Assembly: GCA_036558885.1 (NCBI GenBank)
Contig: DATBET010000059.1
Coordinates: forward strand, 782-64,781
Length of the DNA stretch: 64,000 nt
Source of the DNA: Gaiella sp.
GTDB taxonomy: Bacteria > Actinomycetota > Thermoleophilia > Gaiellales > Gaiellaceae
Direction: 5' to 3'
Made by a program: the position numbers and the translations under genes
In this document: in pieces, positions 54,451 to 62,891 of the stretch
How positions within the stretch are numbered: position 1 is the stretch's first letter
Layout: each line of letters opens with the position of its first letter
Notes under the pieces: generated by a model
What the model was told of the DNA's origin: nothing
The model's database searches: none
Seen by the model: the letters and a program-made list of their open reading frames with translations, nothing else

Positions 54451-55908
54451 CTACGACGTGCAGCGCAGCAGCCTGCCGACGCTCTCGATCCAGACGGGCT
54501 CCGGGCCCGGCCGGCACGCCGCGAGCACGGGGTCGTCCGGCGGCGTCACCGTCCCCGGGCCGCCCTCGTCGAGCAGGGCGACGAACCGCTCGCCGGCGGC
54601 GCAGCCCCTCGGTCGCTCGCGGGCGAGCGGCATCAGCACCGGCAGCGCCTCGACGAACTCGGCGTTCAGGCCCACCACCGCGACCGGGCAGCCCCCGGCA
54701 GTCCTCGCCTCGGCCTCGCGCACGAGCCGCTCCTGCGCCTGCTCGCTGTCCACCCAGGCCCACACGAGGTCACGCGCGTTGTGGGCCGTGACGAGCCCCC
54801 ATCCGATCAGGGCGACACCCACCACGACGACGACCACCGGCCCCAGCCGGACGGCGCTTCGCGCCAGCACGAGCGCCGCGAGCGCGATCGCCGGGATGTA
54901 GTAGCGGCTCGCGACGACGCCCGCGTGGGCCGCGAACCCGATGAACCCGACCGCCACCACGAGCAGTCCGACCGAGAGCCAATCGATGCCGACGCGGAAC
55001 GCGACCGCCGCGAGCAGCACGATCGAGGCGACAAACACGACCGTGGGCAGCTCGGTGTGGAGGACGCCGCCGGCCTGGGACAGCTGGTCGGACAGGCGCG
55101 TCGAGAGGCTCTTGCCCGCCGAGAGATCGCCGTAGAGCGGCTCTCCGGTGAGCGCGAGCTGGGTCGTGCGGACGACCATCGGCACGAACGGCAAGAGGAT
55201 TCCGGCCGCGAGCAGGCCCACTGTGCGGCGCCTCCCCCCGTCGAGGAGCGCCCAGCGTCCGCGCTGCTCCCTCAGGGTCGGCCAGAGGAACGGGGCGAGG
55301 AGCAGCACGGAGATCGACGGCTCCTTCTGGAGTACGCCGAAGGCCCACAGGACCAGCCCCGAGCCGACGGCCAGCAGCATGCCCGGTCCCTCGCGCTCGC
55401 CGTCGAGCAGCCGGTCGAGCGCCCGGACGAGCAGCACTGCGCCGAGCGCCATGCATCCGAGCAGGAGGGGCTCCTGCGGGCCGAAGCGAGCGATGTCGAC
55501 CGCGATCGACGGCGCGGTGATCGCCACGAGCGGGACTCCGACGACCAGCAGCCACCGCCCGTCGCGCCACCTCGCAGGGCGGCCGACCAGCAGCACGGTG
55601 AGCAACGTGACGCCGACGACGAGCACCGCCCACCGCGCGATCCCCCAGAGCTGCGGCCCGAAAAAGTCTCCCGGGGCGCCGAGCGTGTGCCACTGCAACG
55701 CGTTCCACATCACGAAGCCCGGGCGGTAGCGCGTGCCTTCCGGGTTGCCGAGGCGGAGGATCCCGCGCAGCTGCTCGGGCGCCTTCTCGATCGCGCTCCA
55801 GTCGTCGACCATCGAGGGAAAGTCGTGGTGGAGCCGGGGCTCGTATGTCCACAGAGAGGCGGCGGCCACGACAAGAAGGCAGATGAGGACGCCGGTCCTG
55901 CCGCGCAT
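54451..55908 (-). CDS. Multi-TM membrane protein, GT-C-like
   Basis: MVDDW..RYRP loop, PQEP, QKE, SRYY motifs; many TMs. Confidence 0.65.
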   Translation of the reverse strand: MRGRTGVLICLLVVAAASLWTYEPRLHHDFPSMVDDWSAIEKAPEQLRGILRLGNPEGTRYRPGFVMWNALQWHTLGAPGDFFGPQLWGIARWAVLVVGVTLLTVLLVGRPARWRDGRWLLVVGVPLVAITAPSIAVDIARFGPQEPLLLGCMALGAVLLVRALDRLLDGEREGPGMLLAVGSGLVLWAFGVLQKEPSISVLLLAPFLWPTLREQRGRWALLDGGRRRTVGLLAAGILLPFVPMVVRTTQLALTGEPLYGDLSAGKSLSTRLSDQLSQAGGVLHTELPTVVFVASIVLLAAVAFRVGIDWLSVGLLVVAVGFIGFAAHAGVVASRYYIPAIALAALVLARSAVRLGPVVVVVVGVALIGWGLVTAHNARDLVWAWVDSEQAQERLVREAEARTAGGCPVAVVGLNAEFVEALPVLMPLARERPRGCAAGERFVALLDEGGPGTVTPPDDPVLAACRPGPEPVWIESVGRLLRCTS

Positions 55909-55984
55909 CGGCGGGTTGTAGCAGCGGCGTCCGCCGCCGCGGCCCCCGTCGCGCCTCCCGACCCGTTACCGTCGGCGTGACGTC

Positions 55985-56440
55985 ATGGAGTCGGCAGGCC
56001 CCACCCTCGGCGCGCTTCGTGGCTCTTCGCCGCGGGCTCTGGCCGCGCTCGCAGTGATCGCCGCGTTCGTCGGCCTCGTCGCCTGGCTTGCCCTCGACGC
56101 CGGGCGCACGATCGACCAGCTCGGCTCGCGGCGGGCGGACGGGCTCGCGTCGCGCTCGGACGGGGCGGCCGCGGCGGGCAGCGCGCCGGACGCGTTCCGC
56201 AGCTTCCGCGCGACGTTGCGACCCGGTGAGCGATTCGCGCTCGTGTTCGCGCCGGGGACGAGCATCGACGACCAGGGGACCTATCGGCTGGTCTCCCTCT
56301 CGTACCTCTATCCCGCGATCGCCGTGGACGAGCCGGAGAAGGCGCAGGCGGTGATGGTCTTCGGCGAGCCGTCGGCTGCGATCCGTGCGGACTTCGACGA
56401 GACGGGCGTCGTCGACGGAGTCTGGCTGGGGCACCGCTGA
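55985..56440 (+). CDS. Small membrane-anchored hypothetical protein
   Basis: One N-terminal TM plus soluble domain (LRPGERFALV..YLYPAIAV); TGATG coupling to the next gene. Confidence 0.65.
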   Translation: MESAGPTLGALRGSSPRALAALAVIAAFVGLVAWLALDAGRTIDQLGSRRADGLASRSDGAAAAGSAPDAFRSFRATLRPGERFALVFAPGTSIDDQGTYRLVSLSYLYPAIAVDEPEKAQAVMVFGEPSAAIRADFDETGVVDGVWLGHR

Positions 56441-57870
56441 TGGCCGATACGGCACGCCTGATCCTGCTCAACACCGCGTTCGTCGCGGTCGGCCTCGCGA
56501 TCCTGTGGCTCGCGGGCGTGCCGGGCAGACGGGCCTGGTGGCCGACGATCGCCGGCCTTGCGCCGGCCGTCGGCCTCGCGGCCTGCGGCCTCGCCGCCGC
56601 CCTCTCGGCGATGACCGGGATCGGCGTGGGCCTGCTCTCCACCGGCGTGGTCGTCGTCACGGCGCTCGGCGTCGCCGCCGTCGTGCTGCGCGGGCGTCGG
56701 CCCGGCATCGGGTCGCTCGCGCCCCCGACGAGGCAAGGGCTCGTCGGACGCGCGGTCGAGGTCGTCGCCCTCGTCCTGCTCGGCGTCCTCTCGATCGGCG
56801 TCCTGCGCATCTACGCGGCGACCGGTCTCGCCCAGTGGGACGGGTGGGCGATGTGGGCGCCGAAGGCGCACGCGCTCTACGTCGAAGGCGACGTCTGGAG
56901 CCCCGTGTTCCGCGACGCTGCGTACCTGATGCAGCACCAGGAGTATCCCGTGCTCCTGCCCTCGCTCGAGGCGCTCTCGGCCGACGCGATCGGGCGCTTC
57001 GACCGCAACCTGATCGACATCGAGTCGGCGGCCGTGCTGCTCGGCTTCGGGTGGGGGGCATGGGGCCTCCTTCGCCTCGTGGTCGCCCCCTGGCTCGCAG
57101 CGGGCACCGCGCTGGGGCTGACCGGCTCGCTGCAGCTGATCGACAACGGCGCGGCGAGCTACGCGGACACCGCGGTCGCGTGCTTCACCGCCCTCGGCGT
57201 GCTGTGCGCGTTCGTGTGGCTGTCCAGGGGCGCGCCCGCGACGCTCGTGCTCTCCGCCGTGTTCCTCGCGGCGGCCGCGTCGACGAAGGCGGAGGGCCTC
57301 CTGTACGCGCTCGCGGCGATCGCGGCGGTCCTCGCGACCGCGCGCGGCTTCGGGCGCGCGCTGCGGCCGGCCGCGTGGTTCGCGGGCGCCGTGCTCGTCG
57401 TGCCCGCGGCGTGGGCGCTGGTCGACCGGCTCAACGGGCCTGGGGCGAAGAACGTCGACCGCGCTGCCCTCACCGATCCGGGCACGATGGCCGACGCGGC
57501 CGGCCGGATCCCCGACGCTGCGTCGCGCCTGCTCACCGAGACCTGGGACCGGTGGCCGCTCGCCTGCGTGCTGATCGCGGCGGCGGTCGGGGCCGCCTGC
57601 CTCGTGCGGCTGTGGTGGCAGGTCGCGTTCGTGGCGCTCTGGGGCATCCTTGCGTTCGGCGCCCTCGTCGCCGTCTACTACGCGAGCGTCTCGCCGATCG
57701 ACTGGGTCCTCGGGACGTCGGCCGACCGCGTCGTCTTCTCGCCGGTGCTCGGCCTCGCCACGTGCGCCCCGGTGCTCGTCGGCCTCGCGTGGGAACGGGT
57801 GCTCGCCCTTTCGGAGGAGCGTGCCCCTTCCGGTCCGTCGACGGTGCGGCCAACGCAGCCGACCGCCTAG
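56440..57870 (+). CDS. GT-C (ArnT/PMT-like) multi-TM glycosyltransferase, paralog of 36937-38313
   Basis: WDGWAMWAPKA, EYPVLLP, YADT, TKAEGL. Confidence 0.75.
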   Translation: MADTARLILLNTAFVAVGLAILWLAGVPGRRAWWPTIAGLAPAVGLAACGLAAALSAMTGIGVGLLSTGVVVVTALGVAAVVLRGRRPGIGSLAPPTRQGLVGRAVEVVALVLLGVLSIGVLRIYAATGLAQWDGWAMWAPKAHALYVEGDVWSPVFRDAAYLMQHQEYPVLLPSLEALSADAIGRFDRNLIDIESAAVLLGFGWGAWGLLRLVVAPWLAAGTALGLTGSLQLIDNGAASYADTAVACFTALGVLCAFVWLSRGAPATLVLSAVFLAAAASTKAEGLLYALAAIAAVLATARGFGRALRPAAWFAGAVLVVPAAWALVDRLNGPGAKNVDRAALTDPGTMADAAGRIPDAASRLLTETWDRWPLACVLIAAAVGAACLVRLWWQVAFVALWGILAFGALVAVYYASVSPIDWVLGTSADRVVFSPVLGLATCAPVLVGLAWERVLALSEERAPSGPSTVRPTQPTA

Positions 57871-57879
57871 GATCGCGCC

Positions 57880-58698
57880 GTGAGCGACCCCCTCTTCGAT
57901 CTCGCGGCGCGAGTGGCCGTCGTGACCGGCGGGATGGGCCAGCTCGGCTCCGAGCTGTCCGTCGCGCTCGCGGGCCGTGGGATGCGGGTCGCGATCCTCG
58001 ACGTCGAGACCGAGCCCCCCGCCTCGGCCCTGGCGCTTCGCACCGGCCTCGACGACGGGACGATCCGCGTTCACCGCTGCGACGTCACGGACCGCGGCGC
58101 CGTCGAGGCGGCGCTCGCGCTCGTCGAGGTCGACTGGGGCGTCCCGCACCTGCTCGTCAACGCCGCGGCGATCGACGCGCCCCCGGATGCCCCCGCCTCC
58201 GAGGTCGGGCCGTTCGAGGGCGTCCCGGCCGACGCGCTCGAGCGCGTCGTCCACGTAAACGTCCTCGGCGTCGTCGTCCCCTGCCAGGTGATCGGCGGGG
58301 CGATGGCGCGTGAGGGTCGCGGCTCGATCGTCAACGTCGGCTCGGTCTACGGGCTGCTCTCCCCGCACCAGGCGCTGTACGAGTTTCGCCGCAGCGAGGG
58401 CGAGCCGTTCTTCAAGCCGGTCGCCTACTCGGTCTCGAAATCCGCGCTCCTCAACCTCACGCGCTACCTGGCGACTTACTGGGGCGGCAGCGGCCTGCGG
58501 GTCAACACGCTCACGCCGCACGGGATCGAGAACGGCCAGCCCGTCCAGTTCGTGGAGGCCTTCTCGGCGCGGTCGCCGCTCGGCCGCCTGATGGACGTCT
58601 CGGAGGCGGTCGGGGCGGTGGTCTTCCTCGCCTCGGACGCGTCGTCGTACGTGACGGGCGCGAACCTCGTGGTCGACGGGGGCTGGTCGGCCTGGTGA
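57880..58698 (+). CDS. Short-chain dehydrogenase/reductase of the type found in nonulosonate clusters
   Basis: TGGMGQLG, VNAA, GSVYG, KPVAYSVSK, TRYLATYW, TGANLVVDGG. Confidence 0.9.
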   Translation: MSDPLFDLAARVAVVTGGMGQLGSELSVALAGRGMRVAILDVETEPPASALALRTGLDDGTIRVHRCDVTDRGAVEAALALVEVDWGVPHLLVNAAAIDAPPDAPASEVGPFEGVPADALERVVHVNVLGVVVPCQVIGGAMAREGRGSIVNVGSVYGLLSPHQALYEFRRSEGEPFFKPVAYSVSKSALLNLTRYLATYWGGSGLRVNTLTPHGIENGQPVQFVEAFSARSPLGRLMDVSEAVGAVVFLASDASSYVTGANLVVDGGWSAW

Positions 58699-60122
58699 TC
58701 CCGGCCGAGGTGCCGAACCTCGTCGGCGGCGAGGACCGGTCGCCCGCGGACGGACGATGGCTCGAGAAGACGCGCCCCGCAGACGGCGCTCGCCTGTGCC
58801 GCGTCGCACGCTCCGGGGAGGCGGACGCCGCCGCGGCCGTCGACGCTGCGTGCGAGGTGCAGCCGGAGTGGGCGTCGCGGACGCCCGTCGAGCGGGGGGA
58901 CGTCGTCAGGGGGATCGCCGAGCTCCTGCGCGAGCGCAGTGACGAGGCGAGCGAGCTCGTCGCGGCCGAGACCGGCAAGCCGCTCGCGCTCGCGCGCGGC
59001 GAGACCGCGGCGGCGATCGAGATGGGCTTCTTCGTCGCGGGCGAGGGACGCCGCTCGTACGGCCGCACGACCACGGCCTCGATGCCGCACCGCACGGTCA
59101 TGACCCTCCGCCGCCCCGTCGGCGTCGCCGCGCTGCTGATCTCGTTCAACACGCCGTTGCCGAATGTCGCCTGGAAGGCGTTCCCGTCGATCCTCTGCGG
59201 CAACGCGTCCGTGCTCAAGCCCTCCGAGCACGCGCCGCTGTCGGGCTGGTGGATGGGAAGGCTCTGCCTCGAAGCGGGGCTGCCGCCCGGCGTGCTGAAC
59301 GTCGTGCACGGGCTCGGCGGAGAAGCGGGCCTGCCGCTCGTGGAGGATCCCCGCGTCGATCTCGTCAGCTTCACAGGCTCGGCCGAGACGGGGAGACTTG
59401 TCGCCGAGGCAGCGGGCCGGCGGCTCGCGAAGACGTGCCTGGAGATGGGCGGCAAGAACGCGCTGGTGGTCTGTGACGACGCGGACCTCGAACGCGCCGT
59501 CGAGTGGATCCTCGCGTCGGCCTTCTCGAACGCCGGTCAGCGCTGCGCCGCTGCCAGCCGGATCGTCGTGTTCGACGGGGTCTACGACGAGCTTCGCAGC
59601 CGGCTGCTCGATCGCGTGAGCGCGCTCGAGCGGCCCGGTCCCGTGATCAGCGAGGCGAGCATGGAGCGGATCCTCGCCGCCCTCGACCGCGCCCGCGACG
59701 AGGGCGCCGTCGTGCTCGCGGGAGGCGAGCGTGTCGGCACGAGCGGCTGGCACGTGGCGCCGACGCTGGTGGAAGGGGTGCAGCGGGACGCGCCGCTCTC
59801 CTGCGAGGAGCTGTTCGGCCCCGTCGCGGCCCTCTACCGCGTCGCCGGGCTCGACGAGGCCGTCGCCGTCGTGAACGCGTCGCCCTACGGCCTCACGGCG
59901 GCGATCCACACGGCGAGCGTCCACCGCGCGATGCGCTTCGCGGAGCAGGTCGCCGCGGGGGTGGTCGTCGTCAACGCGGGCACCCACGGAAGCGAGCCGC
60001 ACATGGGCTTCGGCGGGGTGAGGCACTCGGGCACGGGGTGGAAGGAGGCAGGGGTCGAGGCGCTCGACGTCTACTCGGAGACGCAGTACGTGAACCTCGT
60101 CGTCGACCCCGCGCTCGCATGA
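58695..60122 (+). CDS. Aldehyde dehydrogenase family protein
   Basis: VLKPSE, FTGS, LEMGGKN, NAGQRC, EELFGP, FGG. Confidence 0.92.
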   Translation: MIPAEVPNLVGGEDRSPADGRWLEKTRPADGARLCRVARSGEADAAAAVDAACEVQPEWASRTPVERGDVVRGIAELLRERSDEASELVAAETGKPLALARGETAAAIEMGFFVAGEGRRSYGRTTTASMPHRTVMTLRRPVGVAALLISFNTPLPNVAWKAFPSILCGNASVLKPSEHAPLSGWWMGRLCLEAGLPPGVLNVVHGLGGEAGLPLVEDPRVDLVSFTGSAETGRLVAEAAGRRLAKTCLEMGGKNALVVCDDADLERAVEWILASAFSNAGQRCAAASRIVVFDGVYDELRSRLLDRVSALERPGPVISEASMERILAALDRARDEGAVVLAGGERVGTSGWHVAPTLVEGVQRDAPLSCEELFGPVAALYRVAGLDEAVAVVNASPYGLTAAIHTASVHRAMRFAEQVAAGVVVVNAGTHGSEPHMGFGGVRHSGTGWKEAGVEALDVYSETQYVNLVVDPALA

Positions 60123-60175
60123 GCCTCCCGTCCGCCTGACGGTCGTCGGCGGATGCAGCGGGTACCCTCGCAGCC

Positions 60176-61159
60176 GTGCCGCCCGAATACTCGTTCGTCG
60201 TGCCGATCTACAACGAGCGGGAGACGCTGGACGAGCTGTATCGACGGCTCGTCCCCGTCCTGGACGGCCTCGACGGCAGCGCCGAGGTCGTGCTCGTCGA
60301 CGACGGCTCCACGGACGGGAGCTACGAGCTGATGCTCTCCCTCCACGAGCGGGACGACCGCTTCAAGCTCGTCCGGCTGTCGCGCAACTTCGGGCACCAG
60401 CTCGCGCTCACCGCCGGCCTGGACCACGCGCGCGGCAACGCGGTCGTGATGATGGACGCGGACCTCCAGGACCCGCCCGAGGTCGCGCTCGAGCTGGCCA
60501 AGCGCTGGCGGGAGGGCTACGCCGTCGTGTACGCGGTGCGCGAGCGCCGGGAGCAGGAGACGCGCACGAAGCTTCTGACGGCGAAGCTCTATTACCGCCT
60601 GCTCGGCCGCCTCACGGACATCGAGATCCCCGGCGACGCGGGCGACTTCCGCCTCGTCGACCGCCGCGCGCTGCAGGCGATGACGTCCATGCGCGAGCAC
60701 AACCGTTACCTGCGCGGCATGTCCGCCTGGGTCGGGTTCGACCAGACCGGAGTGCAGTACGTGCGCGATGGCCGCTACGCCGGCCGGTCGAAGTACTCGC
60801 TGCGGAAGATGCTGCGGTTCGCCCTCGACGGGCTCGTCTCGTTCTCCACCGCGCCCCTGCGCCTGACGCTGAACGTGGGGTTCGTCGTCTCGGTGCTCGC
60901 GTTCCTCCTCGGGTTCGCGGCGATCCTGGTCAAGATCTTCGGCGTGTACGCCGTCCCCGGCTGGGCCTCGATCGTCGTCGCGATCGCGCTGCTGGGGGGC
61001 GTGCAGCTCACCGTCCTCGGGGTGATGGGCGAGTACGTCGCGCAGATCCACGAGGAGGTGAAGCGGCGGCCGCTGTACCTCGTGCGGGACCGTGTCGGGC
61101 TGGACGACGTCGACGATCCGCTGCCTGACCCGGCGCTGGGCGCCGGCCGGCAGCGGTGA
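60176..61159 (+). CDS. GT2 polyprenyl-phosphate glycosyltransferase (GtrB/YkcC-like)
   Basis: PIYNE, SRNFGHQ, MDADLQDPP, GDFRL, GEY..I..EVKRRPLY. Confidence 0.92.
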   Translation: MPPEYSFVVPIYNERETLDELYRRLVPVLDGLDGSAEVVLVDDGSTDGSYELMLSLHERDDRFKLVRLSRNFGHQLALTAGLDHARGNAVVMMDADLQDPPEVALELAKRWREGYAVVYAVRERREQETRTKLLTAKLYYRLLGRLTDIEIPGDAGDFRLVDRRALQAMTSMREHNRYLRGMSAWVGFDQTGVQYVRDGRYAGRSKYSLRKMLRFALDGLVSFSTAPLRLTLNVGFVVSVLAFLLGFAAILVKIFGVYAVPGWASIVVAIALLGGVQLTVLGVMGEYVAQIHEEVKRRPLYLVRDRVGLDDVDDPLPDPALGAGRQR

Positions 61160-61172
61160 GGCGGTAGCAGCG

Positions 61173-61874
61173 GTGCCGGAATCGCGGGGCACCGCGAGCT
61201 TCGACGAGTACGCGGACGGCTACGGCGACGCGGTGCAGCGCTCGATCGCGTTCTCCGGTGTCGAGCACGACCTGTTCACCCGGCGAAAGGCCCGCCACCT
61301 GCTGGACGTCGTCGGCCGCCTGCTCGGCCCACCCGGTGACGTGCGGGCGCTGGACGTCGGATGTGGCGTCGGCTCGACAGACGCGTACCTGGCAGGGCGG
61401 CTCGGCGAGCTCGAGGGCACGGACGTCTCGGCCGAGGCCGTTCGCCGGGCCGAGCAGGCGAACCCGTCGGTGCGCTACACGACGTACCCGGGGGACGACC
61501 TGTCCTACGAGGACGAGCGGTTCGACCTCGCGTTCGCGATCTGCGTGCTCCATCACGTGCCGCCCGCCGAGCGGCCCCGGTTCGTCTCGGAACTGCGTCG
61601 CGTCGTCCGTCCCGGCGGGCTCGTGGTCGTGTTCGAGCACAACCCTCTGAACCCCCTCACCCGGCTCGCGGTGGCCCGCTGCGCGTTCGACGGCGACGCC
61701 GTCCTGCTCACCTCACGGAGCGCACGTCGCATGCTCCGCGAAGGGGGCCTCGAACCGGTCGAGCAGCGGTACGTGATCCTCGTCCCGTCTGACCGCCCGC
61801 GCGTCGTCGCCGCGGAGAGCGTGCTCGCGCGCCTGCCGCTCGCCGCCCAGTACTACATCGCGGCCGTGCGCTGA
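61173..61874 (+). CDS. Class I SAM-dependent methyltransferase
   Basis: FDEYA..Y, LDVGCGVG, CVLHHVP, FEHNPLNPLTR; start approximate. Confidence 0.87.
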   Translation: MPESRGTASFDEYADGYGDAVQRSIAFSGVEHDLFTRRKARHLLDVVGRLLGPPGDVRALDVGCGVGSTDAYLAGRLGELEGTDVSAEAVRRAEQANPSVRYTTYPGDDLSYEDERFDLAFAICVLHHVPPAERPRFVSELRRVVRPGGLVVVFEHNPLNPLTRLAVARCAFDGDAVLLTSRSARRMLREGGLEPVEQRYVILVPSDRPRVVAAESVLARLPLAAQYYIAAVR

Positions 61875-61896
61875 ACGGACGGTTACGATCGCCGCC

Positions 61897-61971
61897 GTGA
61901 ACGGCGCGCCGCACGCTCCCCGGACGGCAGCGGCCGGACCGGGGCCCGTCGCCGGCGCGCCCCGGGCGTGA
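61897..61971 (+). CDS. Putative leaderless 24-aa uORF coupled to the panE-like gene
   Basis: TACGAT at 61884-61889, 7 nt spacer, GTG; TGA overlaps GTG 61968. Confidence 0.35.
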   Translation: MNGAPHAPRTAAAGPGPVAGAPRA

Positions 61972-62891
61972 CCCGCACGCCGCTCGCGGTGCTCGGCCTC
62001 GGCGGCATCGGCGGGATGCTCGCCGCGCGGACCGAGGCGCTGTGCATCGGGACCGAGCGTACGGTCGAGGCGATCCGCGAGAGGGGGCTCACGCTCGTGG
62101 AAGGCGACGAGACCCGCGTCGCGCACCCCGAGGCGACCCTCCGGCTCGAGCGCCCGGTCGGGCTGCTCGTCGTCGCGGTGAAGGCGTACGACCTCGACGC
62201 CGCGCTCGACCGGATCGCACCCGAGCCGCTCGACGGCGCCGTCGTGCTGCCGCTGCTGAACGGCCTCGAGCACGTCGACCGGATCAGGGCACGGCTCCGA
62301 GCTGCTCGCGACACGGTGGTGCACGCGCCGACCGTCGTTGCCGCCGGGTCGATCGGACGCGTCTCGGCCGTCTCGCCGGAGCCGGGTGTCGTCGTCCAGG
62401 CCGAGCAGGCGGGAGGGAGGATCACCGCGGCCTCCGCCGACCTGGATCGGTCCGCGCTCGCGGCGCGCCTCGAGCCACTCGGCGCGTCCGGGCTCGAGCT
62501 CGTCGTCCTCGACGACGAGCGGGAGGTGCTCTGGGAGAAGGCCTCGCGGCTCGCCGTGCTCGCCGCGGCGACCGTCGCGTCCGGGCTTCCCGTGGGCGCG
62601 CTCCGGGCCGATCCGGCCTGGCAGGGGCGGATGCGGGCGGCGCTCGACGAGGCCGTCGCCTGCGCCGCGGCGGACGGCGTCTCGCTCGCGGCCGCCGGGC
62701 AGTGGGCGATGATCGAGGCCATGCCGCCCGAGCTGACGACCTCGGCCGCGCGTGACGCCGCCGCCGGCCGGCCGACCGAGCTCGACGCGATCGTCGGCTC
62801 GGTCGTACGGGCCGCCGCACGGGCCGTCGTCCCGGCGCCGAGCCTCGAGGGGCTGCTGGCGGATGCCGAGGAGGCGGTGCGCGCGCGATGA
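61968..62891 (+). CDS. panE: Ketopantoate reductase (PanE/ApbA) family protein
   Basis: GLGGIGG, VAVKAY, PLLNG, LWEK, TSAARD..AGRPTE.DAI.G. Confidence 0.82.
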   Translation: MTRTPLAVLGLGGIGGMLAARTEALCIGTERTVEAIRERGLTLVEGDETRVAHPEATLRLERPVGLLVVAVKAYDLDAALDRIAPEPLDGAVVLPLLNGLEHVDRIRARLRAARDTVVHAPTVVAAGSIGRVSAVSPEPGVVVQAEQAGGRITAASADLDRSALAARLEPLGASGLELVVLDDEREVLWEKASRLAVLAAATVASGLPVGALRADPAWQGRMRAALDEAVACAAADGVSLAAAGQWAMIEAMPPELTTSAARDAAAGRPTELDAIVGSVVRAAARAVVPAPSLEGLLADAEEAVRAR

